From positions 1-64,000 of the forward strand of contig JAAILG010000813.1 in NCBI GenBank assembly GCA_012026655.1: a stretch of DNA of 64,000 nucleotides. Reading direction: 5' to 3'. The stretch comes from Hydrolagus affinis. Taxonomy: Eukaryota. The notes beneath the pieces are model-generated. The model searched no databases, was not told the origin of the DNA, and saw nothing but the letters and a program-made list of their open reading frames with translations. A program made the position numbers and the translations under genes. Below are positions 13,229 to 25,075 of the stretch, one piece after another; the first letter of the stretch is position 1; each line of letters starts with the position of its first letter.

Positions 13229-13234
13229 TTTATT
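13229..13234 (-). terminator. Proximal MCU polyadenylation signal
   Basis: First AATAAA I found after the stop (~435 nt downstream), followed by TGTCCTTCTTGTTTTGGTG (GU-rich downstream element). Confidence 0.6.
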
Positions 13235-13667
13235 GTCAGAATTACATTGCTCTTTTATACATGTTTCATAAATGACACCACTTTTAAACTTCAATTCCAA
13301 TGTCAGATGACAGTTCTTAAAGTCTGCGCACACACAGGATAAAACAGTAAAATAAAGCATGTAAATAAAGTTTTTTTTAAAAAAAACATGAGAAACGTGC
13401 ATCTGTTCTGCCTGGCATGCCGTCAGTTGGAAAGGCAGCAATATTCCCGTCCATGTATTGACATATGCAAGGCACCTGACTTCTCTTTGACATAATTCCT
13501 AATCCCTTTCCCTTCATCGGACCTTTAAAACCCACGTGAGGTTTTGTTTGAATAAGGGTAAAAGTGCCCCAATCTCTGCGTCTCCAAACGTTCCATTTGG
13601 ATTTGTAGGTGGGAGCGGAAGCGTTGACGTGAGGGGGGTGGGGGGGGGGCACCCTCATTGCTTCTCA

Positions 13668-13739
13668 CTATTTATCGATTGCCCGGATGGGAAGCTGGAG
13701 CTGGAGCGGATCCCGGAGACGCTTTAAATCCAATTCGGC
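13668..13739 (-). CDS. MCU: Mitochondrial calcium uniporter, exon 8 (last coding exon)
   Basis: tttcag|GCC acceptor; AELDLKRLRDPLQLQLPIRAIDK* (TAG then TGA); matches the human C-terminus AEMDLKRLRDPLQVHLP. Confidence 0.96.
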   Translation of the reverse strand, partial: AELDLKRLRDPLQLQLPIRAIDK

Positions 13740-14638
13740 CTGAAAGTCAGAATCAACAAGCTTTAATTTAAAAGGCAGCACTTTGATATAGCTGTGCCAG
13801 TAAAAAAAATATCAGTCAATGGTCTATTCATTATACGAAAATATATTTATTGCTGTAATCTATGACAAACGGGTTTGAGACATGACCAGAATTATAAAGT
13901 CCAATGATTTCTCACTGGATGTTCCAAATCATTTAAGATACTGGGTAGCCAAGGTCCCAATAGAGACTAGGAGAAATGTATACTCATAGTTGTTTATTGA
14001 AAGTAAGTAATCGAGCATCAAATTAAGTTTCAATGCCATCATAAATTGCATTTTGAACCTCTTGAAGCCCTGGCCCTGTTGAATTTACACTAAGCCAGTT
14101 TTCCCAAGTGCAGACAACTCTGACGTTGGAGTCGTGTTTGTACCTTCAGTCTTGAGTATTGATACATAACAGTTGCATCATGTGATTCACATGGGGAATA
14201 AAATTAGGCGAATTAATCTGCAATATTTATGGGGAAGTCTGGATATCTAGCCAAAAGCAGCCAAGTTACATTAGAATATCATTGTTGCAGACATCACACG
14301 GCCAAGCTGGGAGTAGCTAACAATATGAACAGAACTTGTTGTTCAGATTTGTCAGCAAAAGAAACATCAGTTCCTGTACAATCTCAGGAAAGGGTCCAAA
14401 TCTTGATTCATTTCACATTTTTATTTTTAAGCATTTTTTATCTTTAAAAAAATCCTCAATATCCCCAAATGGTTTTCACACTTTTGTTAGACTGAATTTA
14501 TGTTGTACAAGTCAAACATTATAAGTGCTCTGTTCACAGGAAACAGCATTGAATGGAGTCAAAGCACTAATATGATGATTTCTCCTGTAGTGGGACATTA
14601 TTAGCATCAGTGGGGACCCATTTCTGCAACTGACTTAC

Positions 14639-14755
14639 CTGATCAATTGCATCCATGAGCTGATTGTATTTCTCCACATCAAATTGTGTCTTTTTGGCTC
14701 CTTTGTGAAAGAAGTGTAAGTATTGTCTGTCTCTGGCATCTGGGTAAACGTACTC
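14639..14755 (-). CDS. MCU: MCU exon 7 (second coiled coil)
   Basis: 117 nt, EYVYPDARDRQYLHFFHKGAKKTQFDVEKYNQLMDAIDQ; gacag| acceptor with AACTAAC branch point; |GTAAGT donor. Confidence 0.97.
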
Positions 14756-15037
14756 CTGTCAGGGGACGAGGCAAACGTTAGTTAGATCTTAACAATAGCA
14801 GCTGCAAGAATCTATCAATCTGAGCATGTGCACTCCATATACAATCCATATACCCTTGAGCTCAGGGGAGAAAAAATAAATTAACAGCAACATCAGCCTG
14901 ATGTGCTCTGTCAGTTGGTCAAGTGGCTGCACAGGAAGATTCCTGCCTGAAAGTGAAAACGATCCAGACGTTATTGATTTTCAACAGCGCTGGAATTAAG
15001 CAATTCCCCAGCAGAACATGGAGTTCATAGTACCTAC

Positions 15038-15241
15038 CTGACGTGTTAGCACAAAGTACGCATACATCGCCATGGCGCTGCCGTAAGTAATGAAGTAGGT
15101 GACAGGCTCCATTATATCCCAGGAATATTCCCACCAAGTGAGTCGGGCCAAAATCCCAAATTGAGTAGCCATGTAAGCCATGCCACCCCACAGGACCCAG
15201 GTGGTCCGCTTCTCTGCTTTTCTGGCTAAATCCATCTTAAT
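15038..15241 (-). CDS. MCU: MCU exon 6 (TM1, WDIMEP selectivity filter, TM2)
   Basis: 204 nt, [68 protein letters not shown]; tttatag| acceptor, |GTAGGT donor. The R and E in ARLTWWEYS are MCU-type, not MCUb-type. Confidence 0.98.
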
Positions 15242-15644
15242 CTATAAAAGATGAAAATGCGTGGCTTACATTTAAACAGAAGGATAAAACAGCTTTCTGA
15301 AATTGCAATAGCTTACTCTTATTTTCATGTGTCGTGAGAAAAATATTACATGCAGTGTAAGGAAAATTTACCACGACAATGGCATTCTGGTGCAGTTCAA
15401 CTAAGTGATATGTATTCAAGGGAACTTTCTCTGTGCACATTTGATCCCATCCAATGTTTGGAAAGGTTTCTATAGTTTGCACTCTCTTCTATCACCTACA
15501 AAATGCAGTGACTAAATTTTACAGTAAATCCTGTGAAGCGCTTCAATACAATGCCTTTCATATCAGCTGGACCTCTCAAAGGCAAGGACTATTTTTGCAG
15601 AGTCAAAGGTTTGCAAATTTCATAACCTGTCAAATATAATAGAA

Positions 15645-15983
15645 GTAGTAAATACTGTTTCCCCTGGTAGGAGAATCTATAACCAGGGTCACAGTCTTAA
15701 AATTAATCGTCAGCCTTTTAGAACAGAGTTGAGGAAACATTTCTTCACTCAGAGGGTAGTGAATTTATGGAATTCACTACCCCAGAAAGCTGTAGATTCT
15801 CAGTCTTTGAACATTTTCAAGGCTGAGACTGATAGATTTTTGAAAAATAGATGGATTAGGGGATATGGGGATAGGGCAGGTAATTAGTTAGGTGAGAAGA
15901 TCAGCCACGATCTTATTGAATGGCGGAGCAGGCTCGAAGGGCCGAATGGCCTACTCCTGCTCCTAATTCTTACGTTCTTATGT
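15645..15983 (+). mobile_element. CR1-clade LINE 3' end
   Basis: ORF2 C-terminal FRTELRKHFFTQRVVNLWNSLPQKAV, then 3' UTR gatcagccacgatcttattgaatggcggagcaggctcgaagggccgaatggcctactcctgctcc and ttcttacgttcttatgt tail. Confidence 0.92.
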
Positions 15984-16049
15984 ACTGATGTTGCATCAAA
16001 GCACAATCAATCAATATGTTACCTTAATTTTTGGGGCATTTTTTCTGGC

Positions 16050-16163
16050 TTTTCGCCCACAAATATACCGTCAAATCACTTTACAGTTTATTCTGTGAAG
16101 TGCATTGAGACGTCTAGAAGATATGAACAGTGCTATATCAAATGCAAAGATTATTATTATTAT
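16050..16163 (+). mobile_element. Deu-SINE 3' portion
   Basis: tttcgcccacaaatatac...tgctatatcaaatgcaaagattattattatt. Confidence 0.8.
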
Positions 16164-16292
16164 TTAAGATTTATTTCTGATCAGAAAACTTGTGTGTACA
16201 TTTCGACTGCTCAAACGCAGAAATGGACTCCTGGCAATTGAGGATTCAAAACTGACTCGAAAATGAATCCATCAGTGGAGAAGTTCACTCAC

Positions 16293-16453
16293 TTTTTCAA
16301 ACGGCTCAATCTGAGCTTTGAGCTCTTCCAACCGACTGTTCAACTCCTTCTCCTTCAGCAGCTGGTGCTCCTCAATTCGCAAGGTGGTGAACAGTTGCTG
16401 TACAAGGATTTTAATATCATTCATAGTTTGTGCATCTTCATGACTCAGATGAT
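16293..16453 (-). CDS. MCU: MCU exon 5 (linker and first coiled coil)
   Basis: 161 nt, (D)HLSHEDAQTMNDIKILVQQLFTTLRIEEHQLLKEKELNSRLEELKAQIEPFEK; tttccag| acceptor, |GTGAGT donor. Confidence 0.97.
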
Positions 16454-16557
16454 CTGGAAAATTTAAAAATAAGTGAAGAAGCACAAATTTGAAAAGACTT
16501 GAACCAACATCAAATCAAGGAAGATTGCTGGTTACTGTACTTAGATTTTGTGAATTC

Positions 16558-16765
16558 ACAACAACAACAACTTTGATTTATATAGCGCCCTCCACGCCGG
16601 ACAGAGTCTCAGAGCGCTTCATAGAAGCGGATCCCGGGATTGAGCCACAGGCAGGGGTAGAAAGGTGACCAAAGGCGCGGTCGAAGAGAAAGGTCTTTAG
16701 CTGTGAGTTGAAACTAGGAAGAGAGGTGGAGAGGCGAAGGGAGTGAGGCAGGAAGTTCCAACAAG
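16558..16765 (-). mobile_element. L2 3' end (CCGGCGTGGAGGG variant)
   Basis: (CAA)n tail, then ggtgaccaaaggcgcggtcgaagag...ggaagttcca (reverse complement of the L2 ORF2 end, LWN.LP). Confidence 0.85.
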
Positions 16766-17587
16766 CAGTGGCAATATCAGTGTAATGTGAGCTTATAACC
16801 AGCAGGTGTCAGCCAAGCGACTTTTAAAAGGTTTGGTCTCTATTTTCATCAATTGGTACACGTTTAACTGCAAGCTCTTCTTGCAGCAATACAAACTCTT
16901 ACTGAACCTCCTTTTCTCAAAGATGCTTTTTAGAACGAGTAACAATGATAGAATTACAACAGGAACTGAGTGGGAATGAATCCCACTAAACGGATGCACA
17001 CAAAACATATGCGGCTCAAAAATGTTCGATATAAATGAAAAGACGTTGTGAATAACATTCATTGTCATTTCTAATCAGAATGAAATACAGTTTGTATGGT
17101 TGAGGCTGGAATTGTCCTAATTATGAATTGATGAGACATTAAGTAGAATCTAGCTCCTTAAATATATTTTAACAGCAGCAGGCTGAGAGCTCACAAAGCA
17201 ACTTCCTGAGCCTAATCTAAGTGACTGTCATGGAAAGGGAACAAAGATTGTCTCCTGCGGCAGGAGAAGAATACCTAGCCAACAGTCAGGCTGTGGATGG
17301 TGCTTAACACTATGTGTCATAAAATTATTTAACTAAAAGAATGAATGTTAAATAAATTAGATTCATTTAATTAAATTATTGAGAGAGTAATAACAGCGAT
17401 GAGTTCATAAGAGCATCATTCTGGAGCTGAAGGCACCATCGTTCTGGCTGACTAAGTGTGGTTGTGTCCTGTGCATTCTTGATCTGTTCCATTCTCTGGT
17501 GTATCGTATGGTCCCTTGCTACCTTGCCCAAATGGTTATTAATCATGCATCATCCCAGACTGTGCTGAGCTCAATATTGTTCTATCT

Positions 17588-17648
17588 AACAACAAATTGC
17601 ATGTATATACCGCTTTTCACGTCTCGAGGACGTATACCAAGGCGCTGA
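17588..17648 (-). mobile_element. L2 3' tail fragment
   Basis: aacaacaaattgcatgtatataccgcttttcacgtctcgaggacgt..ccaaggcgctg. Confidence 0.7.
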
Positions 17649-17945
17649 AACACATGCGTACATTTTCAGCACAGGTCTCTGGATCCCAAACAGGAGTATG
17701 AATCCTGGCTGATTTTGGTTAAGCATAGGATGAAGATTACAACAACAAAATTACATTTATTATGGTTAAAGCTGGGAGGTTTGTATTAGTAATAATCCTT
17801 ACATTTCTTTGCAATAATACTATTAACCCGCGCAGTATAAAGACAAAGCTGATTGCTGAGTGCTTTTTTCAACTAAACCATAATTTTCTCCCTGGGTTTG
17901 GGATGATTGGATTTGATTGTTTTCTGGCTCACAGTAGTACTGTAC

Positions 17946-18050
17946 CTCTCTTTGGTGGCTGCACGTAGTACGTTGTATCATTGATCAATAATTTGAAATC
18001 GTCTAGAAGTAGAATATCAATTGCTGTTGATGCAGCTATTCGATTTCCAT
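17946..18050 (-). CDS. MCU: MCU exon 4 (N-terminal domain)
   Basis: 105 nt, (D)GNRIAASTAIDILLLDDFKLLINDTTYYVQPPKR; ttttttgcag| acceptor, |GTACA donor; phase 1-1. Confidence 0.97.
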
Positions 18051-18689
18051 CTGCAAAAAAATAAGAGAACTGTAGGATACGTACACAGGGACAGGTTGTT
18101 CATCATCACAAGCAGCATCTGCCACCCAAAGGGGATCTGTAAAAAGATGCAAAACCCCAGAAATTCCATCATAAACACACCCTGTTAAAAGCAACAGGAT
18201 TCTCACTCAGATACAAGCTCAAAGATACTGAGCGAATATTTACTGACGGGAGCATTTATCAAACTCTGCGCTCTGCCCATGCTGTTGAGAAATTCCAGCC
18301 ATGGGCAGCACTTTGTGCAGAAGAAAACACTCCGATTCATGCGCCTAGCACCCTTTACCCTTTATGGGATTCCCATATATCATGTGCAAATCAAACTATA
18401 GTACAGCAATACCAAATGAGAGGGAATGATGATGGGCACTTTCTACAGAGAGATTCAAAACAAAACACATCTTCCAGAAGCTCCCAAAATCTGCATGCTG
18501 AGAACTTACAATCTTGCAGCGAATGCACTAGAACAGGATGAACTGGGCAGTGCCTTTAGGCCATCAGGGGAGCTCTTCTGGGAGATTTTACAGTGAGGTC
18601 AGAATCTTCTCAAGGAACACTTGCTCAGGGCTACAGACTGTTATAAAAGCTCATGCTCTTTCATTCTACCAGAGCCCTGCGTCCTGTAC

Positions 18690-18860
18690 CTGGGGAGTAG
18701 ATTGCGACCCTGTCGATCCCTTTGTCCTCTGCTTGCAGTTGCTTTAGGAAAACTCCAACAGAGTCGGACATTGGCTTGAGGGTGAACTGGCAACGCTCCT
18801 GTCGCGATGGAAGGCTGACAGAAACCACAGGTAACCCATTCTGGTAAATAACAGTCACAT
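18690..18860 (-). CDS. MCU: MCU exon 3 (N-terminal beta-grasp domain)
   Basis: 171 nt, (D)VTVIYQNGLPVVSVSLPSRQERCQFTLKPMSDSVGVFLKQLQAEDKGIDRVAIYSP; cttatag| acceptor, |GTACAG donor. Confidence 0.98.
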
Positions 18861-19221
18861 CTATAAGAGAAGATATTTTTAAAGATTATCCACCCAGGAA
18901 AAAACAATTTTATTTTTAATTGACACCCAATTCAGGTGAAACCATTCCAGTCTACCTATCTAAATTCTAAAAGATTCCTTTGAGGGCAAAAAGCTGACGT
19001 TTGTAATTGCAGCTTTATTTCGGTTAGAAATTGTGAGATTAGTTTATAGATGAAAGACGTTAGTCTGGTCTACAGATAGTACACTTATTACTATTGTGCT
19101 CAAGGGCCTGGAAGACCACAACTCTCATTGCAGAAGTCTAACGCAGACTCACAAATTCATACCACATCTTCTTCCGGTGTCTTAAACTCCTGACACAATG
19201 CACATTGCTATGTTCTCAATT

Positions 19222-19410
19222 CAACAACAAAATTACACTTGTATAGCGCCTTTCACATCAGGAGGATGTCCCAAGGCGCTGGACAATCAGTGTTTCGGAT
19301 TCGAGCTGGGGATCGGGATTGGGGAGGGCAGGTGGTGACCGAAGGCATGGTCGAAGAAGAGAAGAGTTTTGAGATGGGTCTTGAAGGAGGCAGCGGTGGG
19401 GCAGGAATGG
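19222..19410 (-). mobile_element. L2 3' end
   Basis: caacaacaaaattacacttgtatagcgcctttcacatcaggaggatgtcccaaggcgctggaca...ggtgaccgaaggcatggtcgaaga. Confidence 0.85.
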
Positions 19411-19671
19411 TGTCAGTGGATGGGGAGAGGATTATGATGTCTGTGGGTAGAGGGCAAGGAGGTGAATGTGGGAGGAAAGGAGATATGTAGGTGGGGTTGA
19501 GAGAGCAGGTGGTCAGTCACTCCTGTTATTTTTAACTCCACTCAAGAGTGTTCTCTCCATATTCCCTGTATGAGATAGTGATTGTGTCAGGAGTGAGGAT
19601 AAAGAACCCATGAGATTTCTTAGTGCCACCATGTGCGGTGTGCCTTTATGAAATCAATTTAAAACTAGAAA

Positions 19672-19933
19672 AACAATAACCCTTGATTCTGTTATAGCAT
19701 CTTAAAGCGCTTCGCATGATTTACTGTAAAGTGTAGTCACTGTATTTTATAGGCAAATTCATGCACAGCAATGTCCCACAAATGGCCATGAAGTGAATGA
19801 CTAATTTTAACTGGGGAATTGTTGGCCACAACACTGGGAGAAACTGCCCGTTTTCAAACACTGCTATGGGATCTTTAATGTTCACCTGAACAGGCAGACA
19901 GGACCTTGCTTTACTGTCTCATCCAAAAGACGG
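19672..19933 (-). mobile_element. Older DeuSINE (SacSINE1/AmnSINE1-like Deu domain)
   Basis: Minus strand reads CGTCTTTTGGATGAGACAGTAAAGCAAGGTCCTGTCTGCCTGTTCAGGTGAACATTAAAGATCCCATAGCA...TTTGTGGGACATTGCTGTGC, as I recall the Deu-domain consensus. Confidence 0.75.
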
Positions 19934-22469
19934 GTCCCAAAAGAACTCATTAAATCTAATGTTCCAAATCATACTGTATGAAATTCTATTTGATTCTGCT
20001 TCTGTTCTGCTGTTATATTATCAGAGTGTGATAACCACCTTACTGCAATCTTTCCGTTTATAATACTACCAGATCCCGAACCTCTCAAATCTGATGATTC
20101 TGAAATCTACAAAAATGAAAAAAGCATGAATGCACTCAACTAATGCTATTCAGCATGCCTGACCTCTTTCTCCATGCTTCCCCAACAAATCTGCAGTTCA
20201 GGTCTCCCCGGAGATGGAGACTAATTGTAGGCAGTAACAAGACTAATGTTACTGTGAAATGATCTGAGGCAATCTGAGGGAACATTGTCTACTGTAAGGC
20301 AACCAGGCTTTCACCTGATATATCTGTCACCACTCAAGAAGAATTTAACAAAAAATGTGCAAATGCAAATAACAGGAATAGCCTTTAGAAAGACTCTTGG
20401 GGAGGGTTTGATGTCAATTGGCTGTGCTATGGAACACATTTGAAATTAAAACAGAAAAATGTGACTGGCAGAAGGCACTTGATGAATTCCAGATCAACCC
20501 AGCAAAACAGAATATTCTGGATTTTCATTGTCTGTTAATGGTTTATCAAGACGCATCTCTAACATGGCAATAATGAAACAAACTTATATATAATCACAAG
20601 TTTTATCAAGTCATTAGCAAGAGGCTAGTGCAAAGCACAAAAACAATTGCTGTGGATCTCATACCCTGTCGTTTGCCTCTATTCTTACATCACCAGGACT
20701 CACACTATCCTGTTGTGTGTATAATTTTATATTACTGGAGTTAACAATAAGAGGGACAGGGCACCAATGTGAAGAAGGAAACTTGAGCAGAAAACTTGAG
20801 CAGAACGGACAAGTCAGATTGCACAGCAGCAATCAGAACAAGACATGTTCCCATTATAAAGGAACTGACCAGGCTCCTTTAGTATGGATGTTCCTTTTCC
20901 CTGCAGTTTGTTAGATCTGAACGATGGGATCAGCAGGAAGGATATTAACTTCCATTGAGATGAATGGGAGCCAGTGGAGAAAGACCACATGGATAATAAA
21001 AACATCAATGGAGTAGCTCTGTCTCCAATCTAGCAAGAAGCGCTCTATTGCTTTTTGATGTGTATCAATCTAAACAAACATCTCCTACCAGTTAGATTAC
21101 AACGGTTGTCATCATCCCTTACATTCTTTAATAGGGGGGTGGGGTAGAGAGGAAGAGACAATACTAGAGCTACGTTTCATTTTAAAAGCAGGAGTAATGA
21201 TCAGTATATTAAAAAGGTTATAAAATTTCTGAATAAATGGAAACCATTCACTTTGAAACTGTGTACATGCAAATCACACCCTAGTGAGGCTGAAACGATC
21301 TGAAGAATGATCCGTCCACTAAATGGAAATGAAGAGCTTGTTAGATGACAGAAAACTACCCAAAACAAAATCTAGAGCATCTCTAGATTAGAAAGCAACT
21401 TATTTTCTTCCAGATATATTAATATTTCTAACATTGATAGTGATTCTACCTCAAAAGCAAACCCACACATGAGCTTTTTTTTAGTTTCCCAATAAGATTC
21501 TGTTTGAAATTGGAAAACGCTTTTAAATTGAGACTGAACAAGAAATCCAATATATATGGATAATATTCCTGTGACATTTTGGTGGGATTTGACACCAACA
21601 AATAAATCAGTGTTAAAGAACACAGCATGCCCTATGCTATCGCTTCAAAGCTTTACTTCATTTAGTGACTGACACTAATGTGAGGTTTTGCATGAGACAG
21701 CAACGGAAAGATTACACTGCTGCAAGATGTAAAACCTCTCTGAAAAAAAATTCTTCACTCTTTCCAACATGTTTCTGTGGACTCAAGGCTGTGAAGAAGT
21801 GTATAAACATCATTCCTTCCTTCTGAAAGGAGAGACTGTTGCTTACAAACTGTCCCAGGTTTTTGGATACCATTCTAAAGATTATCCATATTGGAGTGAA
21901 GAAATATAATTTAAAAAAAATTATCAATTGACAATAATCAGTCTTGAAGTTTTTGGACAGCAGAGATCAGAAAGATAAGGCAACCAGTACCCCTTTAATT
22001 GAAAAAGAAATGTCAAAAATAGGTACAGTTCCATTCGTTGTGTGTCAGAGTACCTTACAAAAGAAGGTATTTCCTGGGTCTAAAACAATCCAGATATAAA
22101 CATAAGTGAACCCAATGCTCATCTCACATGCAATGGGCTGCAATTAATTAACCTCCTATTTCCCACAAGGAAAATAAGAGTACAATTAACGCTCAACCAT
22201 GAGTAGGATTTGTCTAGCTATAAAATGACTATTTGAAGATATAAATATGGCTGGTGTGGGAAATGGAACTATCACAGCAGGGGGAAGAGATTTGCTGGTG
22301 ATGTTAGATTTACAAACTGAACGTTTGAAAAGTAATTCAGTCTTTTTATTCAGCAACAGCAACAACTTGCATTTATATAGTGCCCGCCACGCCAATTCAA
22401 TTCATGTACGTCAATCAGGAATGCTAGAGACAAACACTCTTTGGATAGATGTTACAAAGATGTTTTGCA

Positions 22470-22814
22470 TGACTATTCGAACATTGAAAGGAGTTTCTCC
22501 CAGCGTCCCCCAAATAAATTTGGTTATTAAATTTCCTTTGTGAAACATTGCTGTGTGCAAAATTGGACCCATTGGTAACTCCTAATCCACCCCCTTGCCC
22601 CCCTCCCCTTGTCCTCAGCTCAGCAGTGACTGCCCAGCGCCTTGGGTCGTCCTCCTGATGTGAAAGGCGCCATACAAGTGTAATTTTGTTGGTGTTGGTT
22701 GCTGCATTCATTCACACAAAAAACAGTCACTCCACTTTACAGTAGATCTTGTAAAGCTCTTTGAGATATCCTGCTGACGTGAAAGGCGCTATACCAAACG
22801 CAAGCATTATTATG
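22470..22814 (+). mobile_element. Old DeuSINE interrupted by an L2 3' end (~22580-22700)
   Basis: SINE core attgctgtgtgcaaaattgg is broken by a C-rich tract plus L2 tail, then resumes ttgctgcattc...gcgctataccaaacgcaagcattattat. Confidence 0.7.
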
Positions 22815-23338
22815 AATATCAATAAGCGTTAAGATGGTGTTAAATGAGAACTCATCGCTCAAGGTAGTTTAAAGTGACAAAAATGTAAGATATTGACCAC
22901 TGCAGACTCCTTTGCCAACATAAACCGTGATTTGTGAAGAGTCCATTGTGGAATTCTAAATTTGGTCAACTTCCCCCATTTCAGTTGTTCCAGGAATTCT
23001 AAAACAATACGATTTAGAACAAAAAGCTTTGATCAAAGTTAGGAGACATGAATCATTTATAACACATAACAAAAGAAATATTCTGTAAGAACTAGTGTAT
23101 TAAATTAGCATCAAGAATTATTAATTCAATGAAGGATTGAAATATTGAAGCACCGGGAGCAAATCTCTCAATATCACACTGGTTATTGCTGTGGCACTCT
23201 CGTGTGCAAACATGAGGTAGCACTTGTAATGTGCCCTCCACGCAGGTTAGTGTCTCAGCGCACCGTGCTTTGTACTGCACTGCGCAATCAATAGGCACAT
23301 TATAAGAAATTGATCCCACAACTTCTGAGAGTACTCAC

Positions 23339-23411
23339 CATTAGAGGGCACAACAGTACTAGAGCAGTACACCACCCGGTGGCTATGCCATGCTGGTAAT
23401 CTCGGGCATAC
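23339..23411 (-). CDS. MCU: MCU exon 2
   Basis: 73 nt, VCPRLPAWHSHRVVYCSSTVVPSN plus G (human VHQRIASWQNLGAVYCSTVVPSD); tttcag| acceptor, |GTGAGT donor; joins exon 3 in frame (G+AT=Asp). Confidence 0.93.
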
Positions 23412-24703
23412 CTGAAATGCAAAGAAGAGTGTTTTAGTATGAGGCGAACTGGAGAACCTGCTGCACAATGCCATAATCCTCACCACACCCACCTTTAAAT
23501 CACACACAAACACAATGCACTCAAGTCAACTGCAGGAACAACCCAAGTGTATACTAGGCCTGAAATGACTCACTCCCCCCAATATGTTATGTTTGTGTGG
23601 CGAACACAAAGGTGTGGCCCAAGGCTAATGGCGACAAAAAGGTTTTAGAATTCCAACTCTTAACTCCCTCCCACACACTACTGTACTTGGAATTTTTTTT
23701 GAAACTCCAACGCTCATGGTTGTATGCTACAGCAACTTGAAAAGGGCAAATACTTGGGACAAAGACCTTCAGCAATCACATACTGCTTCATGAAGGACAG
23801 GGGAGTTTGGTTTAGTACTTTGTGCAGATGCCAATCACACATTACCAATGTGCCTCACACCATTTATAAAGTTTCGTACAAATGAAAAGAGATGTTATTG
23901 GAACATGTTCCAACAGCAATGAAAACAACACATTAGGCATGTTGTGTTGTCAAGAGATTCCTACACTTGGCACTTTTCTCTCCCACATTTTTAAATGTAC
24001 TTTGATCTTTCTCTTTAAAACTGCTCCTGGGCTTCAGTCAGGAAGGCGACTGTGAGCTGTGTGAATGGTTGAGTGGCTCAGCTATCTTTCCTCTCCACTC
24101 GTAATCGCATGACCTTTGGCAGAGCCACCTCACTCATAGCTTGCCAAAGAGAAGGAGCTCATTGATAAAGACACTTCCGCACAATTCAGCATTTTATAGC
24201 TCAGATACCCTGTGCCCTCAATGATGTCTTTAAGAAAGGCAAAAAGAAAATTCTGGGTCCAAAAACGACTGCCAAACAGTGCCATGGAGCAGAACACTTG
24301 CTCTTCCTTTCAGCTGTGGAATATCCACATGGAAACTTAGCAAAACTGTGGCTACAACAAAATCCTACTCAATGCATCAAAATGACAAAGTAAACCAACA
24401 ATGTTTACTGGCAGGTCTCAGCTGCTCGATATTTTTAGTTTATTTACCGCAGCCTTAGCTCTGCATTGCACGCTTGTACTAAACAGGAGCTTAGACGTCC
24501 CCTAAACTAACTCAAACCCATATATATATATACAGTAATACACTGAGAAAGGTGGAGGGAGGAGAACAGAAAGCTAACTCAAGGTTAATATAAAATTCAG
24601 ATACATATTCAAGCATGCCTTTAATTTTAAATTAAATCCATCAATTAAATGCTCTTAGAATTTCACTTCAAATTCTCAACCAAAGCAGCACAGAATCATT
24701 TGT

Positions 24704-25075
24704 GGAGTCCTGTAGCTCAGTGGTTAGAGCAATCGCCTTGCAAGCGAGAGACCAGGATTCTATTCTCATCAGGGCAAAATGTTGGGCAAGTTTCCTTACT
24801 CCACACACCTCTGTTTACCTAGCAGTAAGTAGGAACCCGGTTGTTAGTTGATTGGCGATCGCCTTTCTGGGGATAATAATCCCTAAAAAAAACTAATAAT
24901 AATAATTTAGTTACTCGATCTGTGACTGTTCGTGGGACACTTCTGTACACAACTGGCTGCAGAGTTTCGTCCATAAACATACAGTCAATTCATTTTAGAA
25001 TATATTCTGTGATATAGTTTGAGACATCTTAAAAAGGTAAAAAGCACTATATCAAAGGCAAGTATTATTATTATT
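24704..25075 (+). mobile_element. Full-length tRNA(Ala)-derived Deu-domain SINE
   Basis: GGAGTCCTGTAGCTCAGTGGTTAGAGC A box, CTTGCAA anticodon-like loop, family body, L2-like tail with (ATT)n; TTGTGG repeated at both ends. Confidence 0.92.

Noticed and set aside
14753-14758. NAGNAG tandem acceptor (CAG GAG) at MCU exon 7
   Set aside because: GAG acceptors are rarely used, and the Glu is conserved.
15038-15241. MCUb (CCDC109B) assignment
   Set aside because: The MCU-type Arg and Glu before the DIME motif are kept, identity to MCU is very high, and the OIT3-like neighbour fits the MCU locus.
20779-20805. 13-bp tandem duplication AAACTTGAGCAGA x2
   Set aside because: An ordinary slippage duplication with no further structure.
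24704-24780. tRNA-Ala(TGC)-like sequence (also at 6788, 27150, 47793, 52594, 59365)
   Set aside because: No acceptor stem; each runs directly into the same SINE body and tail, so these are SINE heads rather than tRNA genes.
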